A DNA stretch of 64,000 bases. Source: Hyaloraphidium curvatum SAG 235-1 (lineage: Eukaryota; Fungi; Monoblepharomycota). Positions 1-10,654 of the stretch are shown here, one piece after another (the first letter of the stretch is position 1; each line of letters opens with the position of its first letter). The stretch lies in assembly GCA_025558095.1 (NCBI GenBank), contig JAIVFI010000017.1:186001-250000 (forward strand), in the 5' to 3' direction. Made by a program: the position numbers and the translations under genes. A model generated the notes under the pieces. It saw only the letters and a list, made by a program, of their open reading frames with translations. It did not search any database and was not told the origin of the DNA.

Positions 1-624
1 AACTTCAAGGGCGGTTCCAACGACACGGCAACCTCGTTCGGTTCTCTGCTCTACAATCCAAAAGACAACCTGCTCTACGGGATGGGATTCACCGCCACCT
101 CCGGCAACATAGGCGGCATCTTTTCCATCCGGCCCGACGGATCCAACTACCGTTTGCGTGCGAGATTTTCGGCGACGACCAGCGGCGCGGTCCAGATGGG
201 AGGCTTTGCCCGCGCCCCGAACGGGCTGCTCTACGGCAACGGTTGGGTTGGAGGTGCCTACGGCAAGGGGGCTCTGTTCGCCTTCAACCCCGCCACCAAC
301 GTCGTCAAGCCCGTGTTCAACTACAACACCACCACGGGAACCCAGCCGTACAACTCACCAGCCATTTCAACCAGCGGGAAATGGATCTTCGTGCTCACGT
401 GGCAGGGCGGTGCACACGGGGACGGGACGATCCTCGCCGTCTCCCTCGACGGCAGGAAGTACGCAGTGCTCAAGAATTTCGAGCGGTCCGTCACGGGCGG
501 GCAGTCGTCTGCCAATCCGACCCTGACCGTACAAGGGGACAGGCTGCTTGCGGCCATGAGCAATGGAGGCAGCTTCAACACGGGGACGCTCGTCAGCATG
601 TGGCTTGCCCCGGAGTTCAGGTAG
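1..624 (+). CDS. Gloeo_Verruco (GloVer)-type repeat beta-propeller protein, 5'-truncated by window edge
   Basis: Frame 1 is open from base 1. Repeated units: NLLYGM...GGIFSI, GLLYGNGWVGGAYGKGALFAFNP, TWQGGAHGDGTILAVS, SNGGSFNTGTLVS. These match the LYG-x-T-x-GG-x4-G-x-(V/I)F repeat. No introns in the visible part. Confidence 0.7.
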   Translation, partial: NFKGGSNDTATSFGSLLYNPKDNLLYGMGFTATSGNIGGIFSIRPDGSNYRLRARFSATTSGAVQMGGFARAPNGLLYGNGWVGGAYGKGALFAFNPATNVVKPVFNYNTTTGTQPYNSPAISTSGKWIFVLTWQGGAHGDGTILAVSLDGRKYAVLKNFERSVTGGQSSANPTLTVQGDRLLAAMSNGGSFNTGTLVSMWLAPEFR

Positions 625-1020
625 AGCCTTCCAGTGACTCTGCATGTAGCACCGCATATATTATCAGTAGAGCCTACGTCCTTTCCATTTTGCCAGATTA
701 TGCAAAGAGATGCCTTCGTGATGCGCAGATGACAGATGGGATGACTGTGCCACGGTCGGCAACCAACGAGTTCAGGGGATCTCCGCAGTGTGAATGCATT
801 CTGCTTTCTGTGTCTTGCCGAAAACTGGCAACGTGGTTAAATCGAATCAGCTGCCAGAGGCAGCTTTGGATTGCGCTTTGGGGAGCACTGGAAGCGCGAC
901 TCGGCGGCCGTGGCAACGCATAGTGAGCGCGTGTCCCCCAGACATTCGCATCGTCGCGCCGCCTCCCGGAAGCGAGGGTTCCGTCCTTGTCACCATCTTT
1001 TGCCTGGTTCTCCCACCGCC

Positions 1021-2326
1021 ATGGCCGCCGCGGCGCCGCTCCGCACGGACAACATCATGGACGGCTCCGGCCGAAGCCGGTTCCGGTCGGCGAGCATCTC
1101 CGAGGCCTTCCGCGAGATCCCGCTCGTCGACTACTCGCTGCGCGACTCGGAGCCCGCCAAGTTCGACGCGCAGCTGCGCTACGCCCTCGCCGGCTGCGGC
1201 TTCATGCTGCTGGCAAACGTGCCGGGCTTCGACGAGGCGTACCAGCGCAGGGTGCTGGCCACCGGGAGGAGCTTCTTCGAGCTGCCGGACGATATGCAGC
1301 TGCACACAGACATCCGGCGGAGCAAGCACCTGCGCGGGAGCGCGCGCCAGGACCGCGTCAAGGACATCCGGCTCAACGCCAACCTGCAGGCCTTCCACTT
1401 CGGCCCCGAGCGGGCCGAAGAGACGGACCCGAACGCGCCGCTCTGGAAACGCGTGCTGAACGGGGCCAACCAGTGGCCGGATCCCGAGGTGCTTCCCGAG
1501 TTCCGGCCAACGATTCAGGAGTACCATGGACGCTGCGAGGCCCTCGGCCGCTCGCTCGGCAAGCTCATCTGCCGGATGCTGGGCGTGGAGGAGTCCTACT
1601 TCACCCGCTACTTCGACGAAGTGGACAAGACGGATCCCACCGGGACGTACTTTCTTTCCACTCTAAACTTCTACCCGCCCTACACCTCAATCCCGGAGGA
1701 GCGGCGGCAGGAGGTCGAGGAGGGCTACGTCCGCGGGACCAACGCTCACCGCGACGACCAGAGCTGGATTACGATGCTCATTCAGGATGAAGCAGGGCTC
1801 GAGGTGCTTTCGCACGACGGCGTTTGGGTCGACGTCCCGGTCGTGCCGGGGACGGTCGTCGTCAACATCGGCCTGGTGCTCGCCGATGCCACCGGCGGCG
1901 CGCTACAAGCGACCGTGCACCGCGTCAACAGCCTCAAGATCAAGAAGCCCAGGCTGACCGCTCCTTGTGGGTTGGACGCTCTGTCCACTTGGCAAGCACT
2001 CACCTGCCCGTCTCGCAGACTTCCTCACCCCCGCGCTCGACGTCCCCGTGGTCCCCATCCCGCACAACCTCCCCCGCAAGCTCGCCAGCGTCGACCCGCA
2101 GATCGTGCTCGCCAACGCCATCGCCGATCCGTCCCTGCGCTTCGTCCACCGCAGGCTGGCGACCATGTACCGGAACGCCGAAACGTTCTGGCCACAGGAA
2201 TGGGCGCTGCTCAACAGGCTGCTTGCGGCGAGCCAGCAGGTGTACCTGCTGCAGGGGAAGCTCAAGCGGGAGCTGATCCACGCCGACACGGACTCGGACG
2301 AATGGAGGGCGAGGCTCAAGTTGTGA
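1021..2326 (+). CDS. 2-oxoglutarate/Fe(II) dioxygenase, IPNS/DIOX family (intron 1967-2018)
   Basis: Motifs IPLVDY..., GFMLLAN, GANQWP, LNFYPP, HxD (AHRDD), VVNIG, TVHRV. Splicing of 1967-2018 gives RLTAPYF. Confidence 0.9.
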
Positions 2327-2392
2327 TTCCGAATTGGAAAAGTGTCATAGCGAGCAAATTGTGCGCAAAATGTGAATGTGTTCTTGTCAATT

Positions 2393-3925
2393 CTAGGTCA
2401 GTCGTCGCTCGAGCTGCGATCGAACCACGTCCAGGCACGTTTCCAGCGCCTTCCTTCTGTCCGCGCCAGCCACCTCCTTCCCTTCCTTCCCCTCCTTCCC
2501 AACGGGCCCGAATCCCCAATCCATCGCCCTGCCCCACTCTTCCGCCCCGACATCGAGCTCCACCCTCCTTCCCCTGCCCAGCGCCTCCACCGCCTCGCCC
2601 CACATGCCCTGGTCGAACCGCAGCGGGACCAGCAGTTGTGGGACGGGCAGCTCGAGCAGCGATTGCGCGGTCCCGGAGCCTCCGTGGGTGATTGGGAGCA
2701 CGTCTTTGCCCGCTGCGAGGAAGCGCGAGACGAGGGAGGGGAAGGAGAGGCCCGGGGGTAGACAGAACAGCACGACGGCCGGGCTAGCTTCACGGATCCA
2801 GGAGGTGGTTTCGCCGTCGACGCGGGACGTGGTCCAAATGATGCTCGTGCCCGGACGTTGGGAAACGGCGTGCGTGAGCTCCCGGCACAGGCGAACCACG
2901 TCGTCCCGGTTCTGCAGACGCAGCGACAGCCGTTCCATGCTCCCGAAGTAGAGAAGGACGATCCGGGATGAGCCTTCCGGATGGGATGCTACGAGACTGG
3001 AAAGCGCCATTTCGGCAAACTCGTGCTGCTCAGGAGGGAGCGGCAACTCCGGCAGCAGGCCGACGTAACGGATGTTTCCACCTTGCCGGTGTCGTGAAGG
3101 AGACTGCGAATCCAGCACTGTTGCCAGCTCCGGCCAAATGGTCGAGAGCAGCGGAGTTGACGGGGGGAGCGCATTGCGGCTTCCTTCCGCAGCACCTTCC
3201 TCAAAAGCTAAAATGCAATCTTCGAACGGTATTGATTCCAATCCGATGCGAGACCGGAAGGCCTCAGAGTCGTCCAAAAACATCCTCCATTGGAAGGTTT
3301 CAATGTCGGCCCAAGACAGCTTCCCAGAAGGGACCCCGAAGCCCTCACCGACGTACGAACGCAGAGCTGCGGCAAACTTTGGATACATCTCTCCAAATTG
3401 CTCTGCAAAGCGTGCCGGAGCAGAGCTCAGCGCCGCCGGAAACGACGTCAAAGCTATCGAGGGCGCCCCACTCGCCTCCGCGAGGTTCCAGGAGTTGTAG
3501 GCGAACAAGTTGAAAACGACGAGGTCGACGCGCCTTCCGTGTGTCCGCAGGATGTTTTCGAATGCGGCGACCATGTCTCTCTCCTCCCGGTCGCGCTGGG
3601 CCCGGTGCGGATCGCCCCCTTCTCCGTTCGGAGCTCCCGGGCCCGTCTCGAAGCTGTCCGTCGAAATTGGGTGGAACACAACCGAGCATAAACTATCCGG
3701 CACCCCACTTCCCGGCAGCAAAGGTCGGTAGAAGTGGCAGAGGTCTCGGTGGGAGACGATGTGCAGCAAGACGTCCGCTGGAGCGTTCCCACGCCCCGCG
3801 GTCGTTTCTGCTGCAATGGACCCCGGCAACCATTTGCTGCTGTAGCATAAGCCATGAGCGATTGCGATTCCGGCATGGATATCTCCTTTTGAGCCGAGAA
3901 GCACGAAGACGATGTTGAGCTTCAT
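2393..3925 (-). CDS. GT-B glycosyltransferase (GT1/GT28, sterol glucosyltransferase-like)
   Basis: N-terminal LGSKGDIH; LYFGSM; THGGSGT; VPLRFDQGMW (UDP-sugar binding motif). 510-aa ORF. Confidence 0.85.
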   Translation of the reverse strand: MKLNIVFVLLGSKGDIHAGIAIAHGLCYSSKWLPGSIAAETTAGRGNAPADVLLHIVSHRDLCHFYRPLLPGSGVPDSLCSVVFHPISTDSFETGPGAPNGEGGDPHRAQRDREERDMVAAFENILRTHGRRVDLVVFNLFAYNSWNLAEASGAPSIALTSFPAALSSAPARFAEQFGEMYPKFAAALRSYVGEGFGVPSGKLSWADIETFQWRMFLDDSEAFRSRIGLESIPFEDCILAFEEGAAEGSRNALPPSTPLLSTIWPELATVLDSQSPSRHRQGGNIRYVGLLPELPLPPEQHEFAEMALSSLVASHPEGSSRIVLLYFGSMERLSLRLQNRDDVVRLCRELTHAVSQRPGTSIIWTTSRVDGETTSWIREASPAVVLFCLPPGLSFPSLVSRFLAAGKDVLPITHGGSGTAQSLLELPVPQLLVPLRFDQGMWGEAVEALGRGRRVELDVGAEEWGRAMDWGFGPVGKEGKEGKEVAGADRRKALETCLDVVRSQLERRLT

Positions 3926-3987
3926 TCAGCTAGCTGATCGGGCGACCGCGACGCTACCGCAAACAACGCTCTCTGCGCGACTTCACG

Positions 3988-4839
3988 ATGTCCAGAACCT
4001 CGACCGGCAAAAAGAAATCCGGTCCTCCAGCACATCAGAACTCGGTGGCATGGAAACCGGACCCCCGGTCGGGCCTGGCGAAGCGCATCGCGGCCCTCCC
4101 GACCGGCGGCTTCTGCCGGCGCTGCAACGACATCGTGGAGTTCAAAAAGCGCGTGGGGCAGTACAAGCCGCTCAAGGACAAGAAGAAATGGTGGGAGCGG
4201 CAACCTGTACTCGCTGGACCCCGGAGCTCACGAGCTGGCGCCTTCTGCTCTGCCTTCATTGTTCCCAGCATCGTCTGCGGCGAAAAGCAGGTCGCGCAGG
4301 CCTACCACGTCATCTGTCCCGCTTGTGCGACCCCAGAAAACTCGGAGCCGCTGTGCGGCAAGTGCCGCGAACCCCTCGTGGACCCTCCCGCTCCCTCCTC
4401 GGGCCGGAGCCGACCAACGCCGAAGGAGGCGGAAGCGGAGCGCCAGGGCCGCGCGGAGCTCGACGCTGCTTTGAAGCTGGTCAGCGAACGGAAGCGAAGG
4501 ACGATTTTGCGGCGCTTGGAGAGGGGCGACCTGGATCTGGCAGGGGCAAAGGAGTTGGCGGAGAAGCACCGCAAAAAGGACGGACTCGAGGATTTTTTCG
4601 ACGATCTCGATTTCGGCGACGACTTTTCGGACGACGAGGAAAGCGCCTCCGAGGACGAGAAGAAGCCAAAGAAGGGTGGCAAAGTGGAACCGACGAAGGT
4701 ACCCGCCAACGGCGCTCGGACCTCGAAGGGACCTATGAAATCGGCTGCTGCGAAGCAGTCAGCCGAATCTGAGGAAGATTCGGAAGAGGAGGAGGACGAT
4801 TTCGACTCTGAGGAGAGTGGGAGTGAAGAGTCTGAATGA
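3988..4839 (+). CDS. C9orf85/DUF2039-like zinc-binding protein with acidic tail (in-frame intron 4191-4268)
   Basis: HQN...CRRC..I.(F)KK..G.YKPL...KC..C....V..AYH.IC..CA......C.KC; D/E-rich C-terminus. Confidence 0.85.
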   Translation: MSRTSTGKKKSGPPAHQNSVAWKPDPRSGLAKRIAALPTGGFCRRCNDIVEFKKRVGQYKPLKDKKKWWERQPVLAGPRSSRAGAFCSAFIVPSIVCGEKQVAQAYHVICPACATPENSEPLCGKCREPLVDPPAPSSGRSRPTPKEAEAERQGRAELDAALKLVSERKRRTILRRLERGDLDLAGAKELAEKHRKKDGLEDFFDDLDFGDDFSDDEESASEDEKKPKKGGKVEPTKVPANGARTSKGPMKSAAAKQSAESEEDSEEEEDDFDSEESGSEESE

Positions 4840-5219
4840 GGTTCTATTGTCGTGGTCGCGGCGGGCATGCTTCCGGGCAATGCCTCTTGCCGCTGGCCCC
4901 TTGTACCAGCAACGCGTTGGCTGCTGTCTTCTGAAGATGCTTGCACGGATCTCGTGTTGGGAAGGTGCAGCGCGAGTCCCGTCCCCATCCCCCAGGACGG
5001 CTGCCGCACTGCTCAGCCTCGCAAACGCCGCTACGGCTGCTTGCGGGCGGGGCTGGATTTGCCACTGCGCCACAAGAAGGGCCCGGGATCGGGGGCTGCC
5101 TCGGGACCCATCTTGCGTCCGCTCAGCGCGGGCGGGGTCGGCCGTGGCTGTGGCGATCGAGTCCGGAGGTCCTCAAAAAGAGATGCCGTCGACGCTCAAC
5201 CACCACCGCCGGCAACATC

Positions 5220-7012
5220 ATGGCATCGGTACGCCTGCTGCTCGTCGCGGTGCTCGCGCTCGCAGTCGCCCGAGGAGTCGAATCGCATTCCTGGGTCGCG
5301 TGCACGGACTATGCGGAGAGGGTGAGGGCACATCGCGGCGTGAACTTGTCCAATCTTGACCTTCTGCCACCAGAACGGATACTACTGGAACGCCACCAAG
5401 TGCCGCGGGTATCCGCGTGGAGCTGCCGGCAATGTCTTCAACGTGGCGTTTGGCCAGAACGTCGGCTTCGAGAGCAGGAGTGGGTCTTCCGGCTGTGGGC
5501 GGTGCTGTCCGGAAAGTGCCTGACCTCCCTCCATTTCCCGTTCGGTGGCCTTAATCTCGCTCAATTGTGTCTTTCAATGGTGTCTGTCTCCTCAGGCGCC
5601 GCCTGCCGCGCCGCCGACGCGAACCCGAGCTACCCCATCGCCTCGTACCGCCCCGGCCAACAAGTCTGCCTGACATGGAGCGCCCAGAACCACGTCAACT
5701 GCGCCGGCCTCTCCGGCTGCAACATCTGGCTCCCGGACGGGGGGATCATCGTCGAAGTCGGGCCGACCCCCACGGGACCTTGGACGCTCGTTGGTGACCT
5801 CGGCAGGAGCACCTTCGGCAACAACTTCAACCCCGCATTCCCGAGGCCCGGCTTCCAAAACTGCCCCAACTTTGACCCGAGTGGCACCGGTGAGCATGAT
5901 CGTCGTGGAGCGAGCTGCTCAAGGCTAACCCATTGGCTTTCCAGGACGAATCTTCCCAATCGGCGACCAATCCGTCCGAGCCTTCTGCAGCAACTGCTTC
6001 CGCCTCCCGAGCGACTTTGCGCCGGGCAGCTACGTCTTCAGGTGGCGTTGGGAGTTCAACAGCGGCGAGAACTACTGGACCTGCTGGGACGCGACCGTCT
6101 CCGCCGGATCCCCGCCGCCGGACCCGCCTGAGTTCGTCGTACCTGGAACCCCTCGTGAGCCGCTTCCTGCCTGTGCCGTAACGGCCTGCTCATTCGGTTT
6201 CATTCCAGCGCCGCCCCCTCCTCCGCCTTCCCCCCCGCCGCCGCCCCCGCCGGCAACGACCCCCCGGCCGATCGTCCCCACCACCTCGAGGCCGATCGTC
6301 CCCACAACTTCCCGGCCCGCCGTCCCGACCACAACAAGGAGACCGGCTGCGACCACGAGCCGCGTCGCCGTGCCGACGACTGCGGGACCCAAGGCGACGA
6401 CCACGAGGCGCATCGCCACCACGTCTCCCGCCTCGCCGCCTCCGCCTCCTCCGCCATCCGGATCCACGGTGCGCCTCTACTGGACGCAGTACAGCGGCGA
6501 TGCCTACGGCATCAACGGCGAGGTCTCGCTCGAGAACCTGGGCGCAAACAACATCGACGGCTACTCCATCTCCTACGTCATCAAGCCCGGCTACACCGTA
6601 AGCTTCCCCCAGCTCATCCGCGGCGCATCCTCACTCCCACCCTTTCCGTCGCAGTACCAACCCGGCTGGGCGTGGAATTGCGGCTCGGTCGAACCCCCCA
6701 CGGAGGCCAACGGCCGCAGGCTGACGTGCACGGTCAACGCCGGCGCATGGAACGGCAGGATCGCTGCGGGTAGCAGGGGTAGGACGTTCGGGACATACGT
6801 GTTCAACCCCGCCGGGCAAGGAACGGGTCGGCTGGCCGATGGTGAGACGGTTTCCGTCGTACGCGGGTGGGATCGGTGGCTGACGGCTTTGCTCCTTCCT
6901 TCTTCTTTTTCTTTCCGTCCTGCCGCTGTGCTTCTTGTCGCCCTTAGCTACCGAGGGATGGAGGGTGGTCGTTGGAGGCGTCGTGACCAATGTCGGCCTG
7001 CCCGTGATCTAG
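5220..7012 (+). CDS. Secreted LPMO-like (N-terminal His) protein + Pro/Thr linker + CBM2-like domain, ~6 introns
   Basis: A 22-aa signal peptide is followed by HSWVACTDY. Spliced core: CRGYPR...YRPGQQVCLTWSAQNH...FQNCP...CFRLP...GSYVFRWRWEFN..ENYWTCWD. Then PT/TTR repeats, then GEVSLENLG...IDGYSI...WNC...WNGRIAAG...FG. Introns approx 5322-5373, 5480-5595, 5890-5944, 6155-6208, 6598-6654, 6842-6947. Confidence 0.7.
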
Positions 7013-7363
7013 TGGCGCGGAGCGTTGGATCAATACAACCTGTGTCGAAGACTTGGCATGCAAGTCCGTGGATATCCGACCTGGATCGGCGGCGGTTTTT
7101 GAGTCGTGGAAACCCGGAGAGAGAGCGCGGGCCGACTTCCACCCTCTGAGAGTCCCCCATTCGCAGGCTGCCAATCGCGCCTGTACCGCGTCTGGGCCGG
7201 TGCGCGCCTATTCGCCCCCGCCGCGAAGGACAGACCTCCCCCGGCGCCCGGATCCGGGCCCGCAACGTTCCGTTTCGGGGCCCATCGGAGCCCCGGCCTC
7301 CCGGGAGACATCCAACGAATTATCCCCCCTCACCCCTACTCCCTCCCACCACAAGGCCCCGCG

Positions 7364-8267
7364 ATGTCCTTCACCACCACCGCGCACTGCCCCTTCTGCG
7401 CCGCCGCGCGGCCCCTCTCCTTCTCCGAGACGCCGGGTTACACGTGCGGGTACTGCGAGGGGATCAGGTCGGGGGAGCGGCATGCCGTCTGCGCGAAGTG
7501 CGATTTCGATTTCTGCCCCGTGGGTCTCTTCCTCGCAGGAAGGGGACGGCGGGCTAAGTCGGGGTGCAGATCTGCGTGCAGGTACCCACGACGGACGCGT
7601 GCGGCGACGCGCATCCGTTCCAAGGCGCGGACGAGAGGACCCAGCTGCTGTGCTTCGGGTGCGGGAAGGAGTGCCACGGGAAGGAGACGGCGCACGCGCG
7701 GTGCGGGGTGTGCGGGGTGCGGTGCTGCCTGGTGGGTGGTCCGGGGGCGTCGGGGGTTGGAATGGAAGGCTGACGGGGTGCTTTGGCGGGGGTGGACAGA
7801 AATGCGGGCCCATCGAGGCACCGAAACCCGTGGAAACGGCGTCGCACGCGCCTGCGGCGGCCCCTACGGCACCTGCGGCAAACGGCGCCGGTTCGGCAGC
7901 GGTTACGTCGCCGACGACGGCCTCGCCGGCCGCCTCCTCCGCCGCCTCGGCCGCAACCCCCGGCCAAACCCCGTCGGCACCGCCACTTACCCTCCCGCGG
8001 ATCACCTTCGTCGCCGGCAAATCGGGCAAGAAGCTGGAGGTGCTCACCGCGCCCGGCTCCAGCCTGCTGGACGCGCTCGAGGCCGCGGGGGCGGTGCGGC
8101 CGTCGCAGATCCGCGCGTGGCGGACCGCGGAGGGAGAGGGCGGGGTGGTGTTCTCCCTGGGCGACGGGGTGCGGGTGGCGCCTCTGGCGCCGGTGGAGGC
8201 GCTCGCGGGGGCGACGGTGCGGTTCGAGGCGGCGGGGGGTTACCTCGTCCAGGGGACCGATTACTGA
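7364..8267 (+). CDS. Small protein with two Cys/His-rich (C1/DC1-like) zinc modules, Ala/Pro linker and beta-grasp-like C-terminus (2 introns)
   Basis: CPFC...CGYC...CAKCDFDFCP and HPF...CFGC...CGVCGVRCCL.C. C-terminal RITFVAGKSGKKLEVLTAPGSSLLDALEAAG. Confidence 0.6.
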
Positions 8268-8429
8268 TTCCGGTTGACAGTGTCCATTACAGCTGGATGA
8301 TCAGGCTCCGAAAGTTTGGCATGCCGTAGCATCCCTGATCAGGATTCGGCGGGTCGCGCCGTGGTCGCGCCCAAGTCACGTGTTGGCCTTCCCCCAACAA
8401 CACGTCGTCGAATTGAAGTCGTCCCCGCC

Positions 8430-10404
8430 ATGGCCTCCGCCGACCGGCGCCGTGCGCCTGCGTCCCCGTTGTCTCCGACGTCGCCCGGGGGCGCCGAGCT
8501 GCGGCACGCGCTGCACAAGCTGGCGCTGGCGCCGCCGCCGCTGTCGCCCGCGGCGTCGTCCGCCACGCTGTGCACCGACCTCGACGCCGAGTTCGGCCAC
8601 ATCACCACGCCGCGGCGGCAGCGCTCTCAGCAGCCCGCGCCGCTGTCGGGCCCGAAGCCGCGCGTGCCGCGGCTCGTGCTGCCGGGCCTGCCGATGCTCC
8701 CGCGGGCTGCCCCCGCCCCCGCCCAGCACGGAAACCCCTTCGTGGTCACCGCCGCCCCGCCTCCGCGCCACCGGATCTTAGAAGGCGGCCCGACGATCAA
8801 CGTGCGGCCGGCAGGCAACCGCGAGATCCTCGAGGCCGAGGAGCTGTCGGGCTCGGAGGACGACGAGCTCGGCCCGGCCCAGGGCAGGCGCGTCGTGTCA
8901 AACTCGTCCATGCAGTCGGCCGCTTCTGGCGCAACCGTGGACGATGACGACGAGCAAGAGGCCGTGCGCAGGGCCTACGAGCGGCCGGACGACGGTGAGC
9001 CTCATGATCCCACCCGTCAATGATCAATCCTCATTCGAGTTGGACCAGCCTCCGACTACTACCCCTCGGACCCCGAGGACTTCACCACCTTCGAGAACCT
9101 CACCCGCCAGGCCTCGCCCGCGCGGCACTCGGCGCGCCTGAACCCGTCCGTGCTCGCCGTGGCCTGGGCCGACAGCCAGCCGGTCGCGCACTACGAGATC
9201 CCCAGCTTCGTGCCCGAGAGCCTGCTGGGGCTACCGCGGACGAACAAGCGCGTGGTGGCGAGGGGGTGGGATACGCTGTTCCGCGTGCGGAGGAGGGCCG
9301 TCGAGGTGTCGGGCAGGGAGCTCGACGTCGGCTACTAGTGGGTCGTCTAAACGGCGCGGCCAACCGAGTGGTCGTTGACGTGCTGCACTGCAGCCTCGCT
9401 CGGGCGTACCGCTTCAACCGCTCAAAGGGCAAGTGGTCCGACAAGGGCCCGACGGGCATCTTCCTCGTCGGTGGCCTCGGCGGCGCCGGGTGCTGCGCCG
9501 GCATCAGCCTCTACGGTACGAGGAACGAGGTCTTTTGCTTCCCCGGTGAGTCGTATACTCCCGCACACCGCCTCGGATTCTGACCTCCCGCCGCTTGTAG
9601 TCTGGGAGGACTTCCCCCGCCTCCTCCGCGCGGCGCACCAACCGGCCACGGCCGGCAAGGGCCCGCGCTACCTCCTCACCTTCCACACCGCCGCCCAATC
9701 CTCCGTCTCTGCCCCCCGCATGCACATCTTCCCCCAAACCCTGGGCCAGCTGCACCCGCACAACATCCGCGGCGACTCGGAGTGGGCCCGCGTCGAGGTC
9801 GCGGTGGTGCAGGTCGAGGGCTCCGTCGCCGCCGAGCGGGACGACGAGCACCGCCGCGGGGGGACCATGTGGTGCCTCTCCCTCCCCGACGGCTCGCAGG
9901 CGGAGCAGCTGTACAACGGGCTCGCGGCGCTGGCGCGGCAGGCGGGCGAGGCGGCGGTCGCGGAGCGGGCGGCGACGTTTCTGGCGCCGCGGCAGCCCGT
10001 GCCGGCGGGGCTGGACGCGGAGGGGAGGTGGAGATTCGGGAACGAGGCGCCGGACGAGGCGAGGAGGAGGGCGGCGGGGATGGGCGGGGTGCAGTGGCCG
10101 CTGAGCACCGACGGGGCGCTGCTCGAATACGTGGGTTGCCTGCTGCGGCGCATCAGGATGCCGGAAGCTGACCGGACGGCGGATGCAACAGCTCGCCCGC
10201 CAACGTCTGTCCTCCCTCCCCCTCGTCTCGGCCGCCGGCGAGGTCGTCGCCGACGCCGTGCGCTGCGGGCTCTGCGGCTGGGTGTGCTACGCCTTCGCGG
10301 AAAAGGACGGCGCGGACATCGCCGCGCTGCACCGCGGGAGCAGGGAGAGCGCGGAGTTTGCGGCGAGGTGGGGCGGGAGTGGGTGCTGGGGGTGCGAGGC
10401 GTAG
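8430..10404 (+). CDS. Hypothetical protein: Ser/Pro-rich N-terminus, PH/EVH1-like middle, BIR/zf-C3HC-like C-terminus (~4 introns)
   Basis: Exons are joinable at GT-AG sites near 8995, 9338, 9546 and 10131. Motifs ARAYRFNRSKGKWSDKG and WPL...LA...DAVRCGLC...ALH...GC. Confidence 0.5.
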
Positions 10405-10654
10405 CGTGATGCGGGGCAGGATCGAAGGCGGGCGAGAGGGAGGAAGCTGAGTCGGTTTTGGAGCGCTGTACCCATGTGATCCATTCCTGCAAATTCAAAC
10501 CGATTCCAACACATGAAGACGACCAAAGACACCAATGTCCACCCAAAGAGTCGTTAAGACCCGCCCAAGATTCCACCATGTCTCCATGACTCTGTGGGAC
10601 CAGTCCAAATCGAAGGTCGGCCCCCAACGGCGCCGACCGCCCCACGGACCCACC

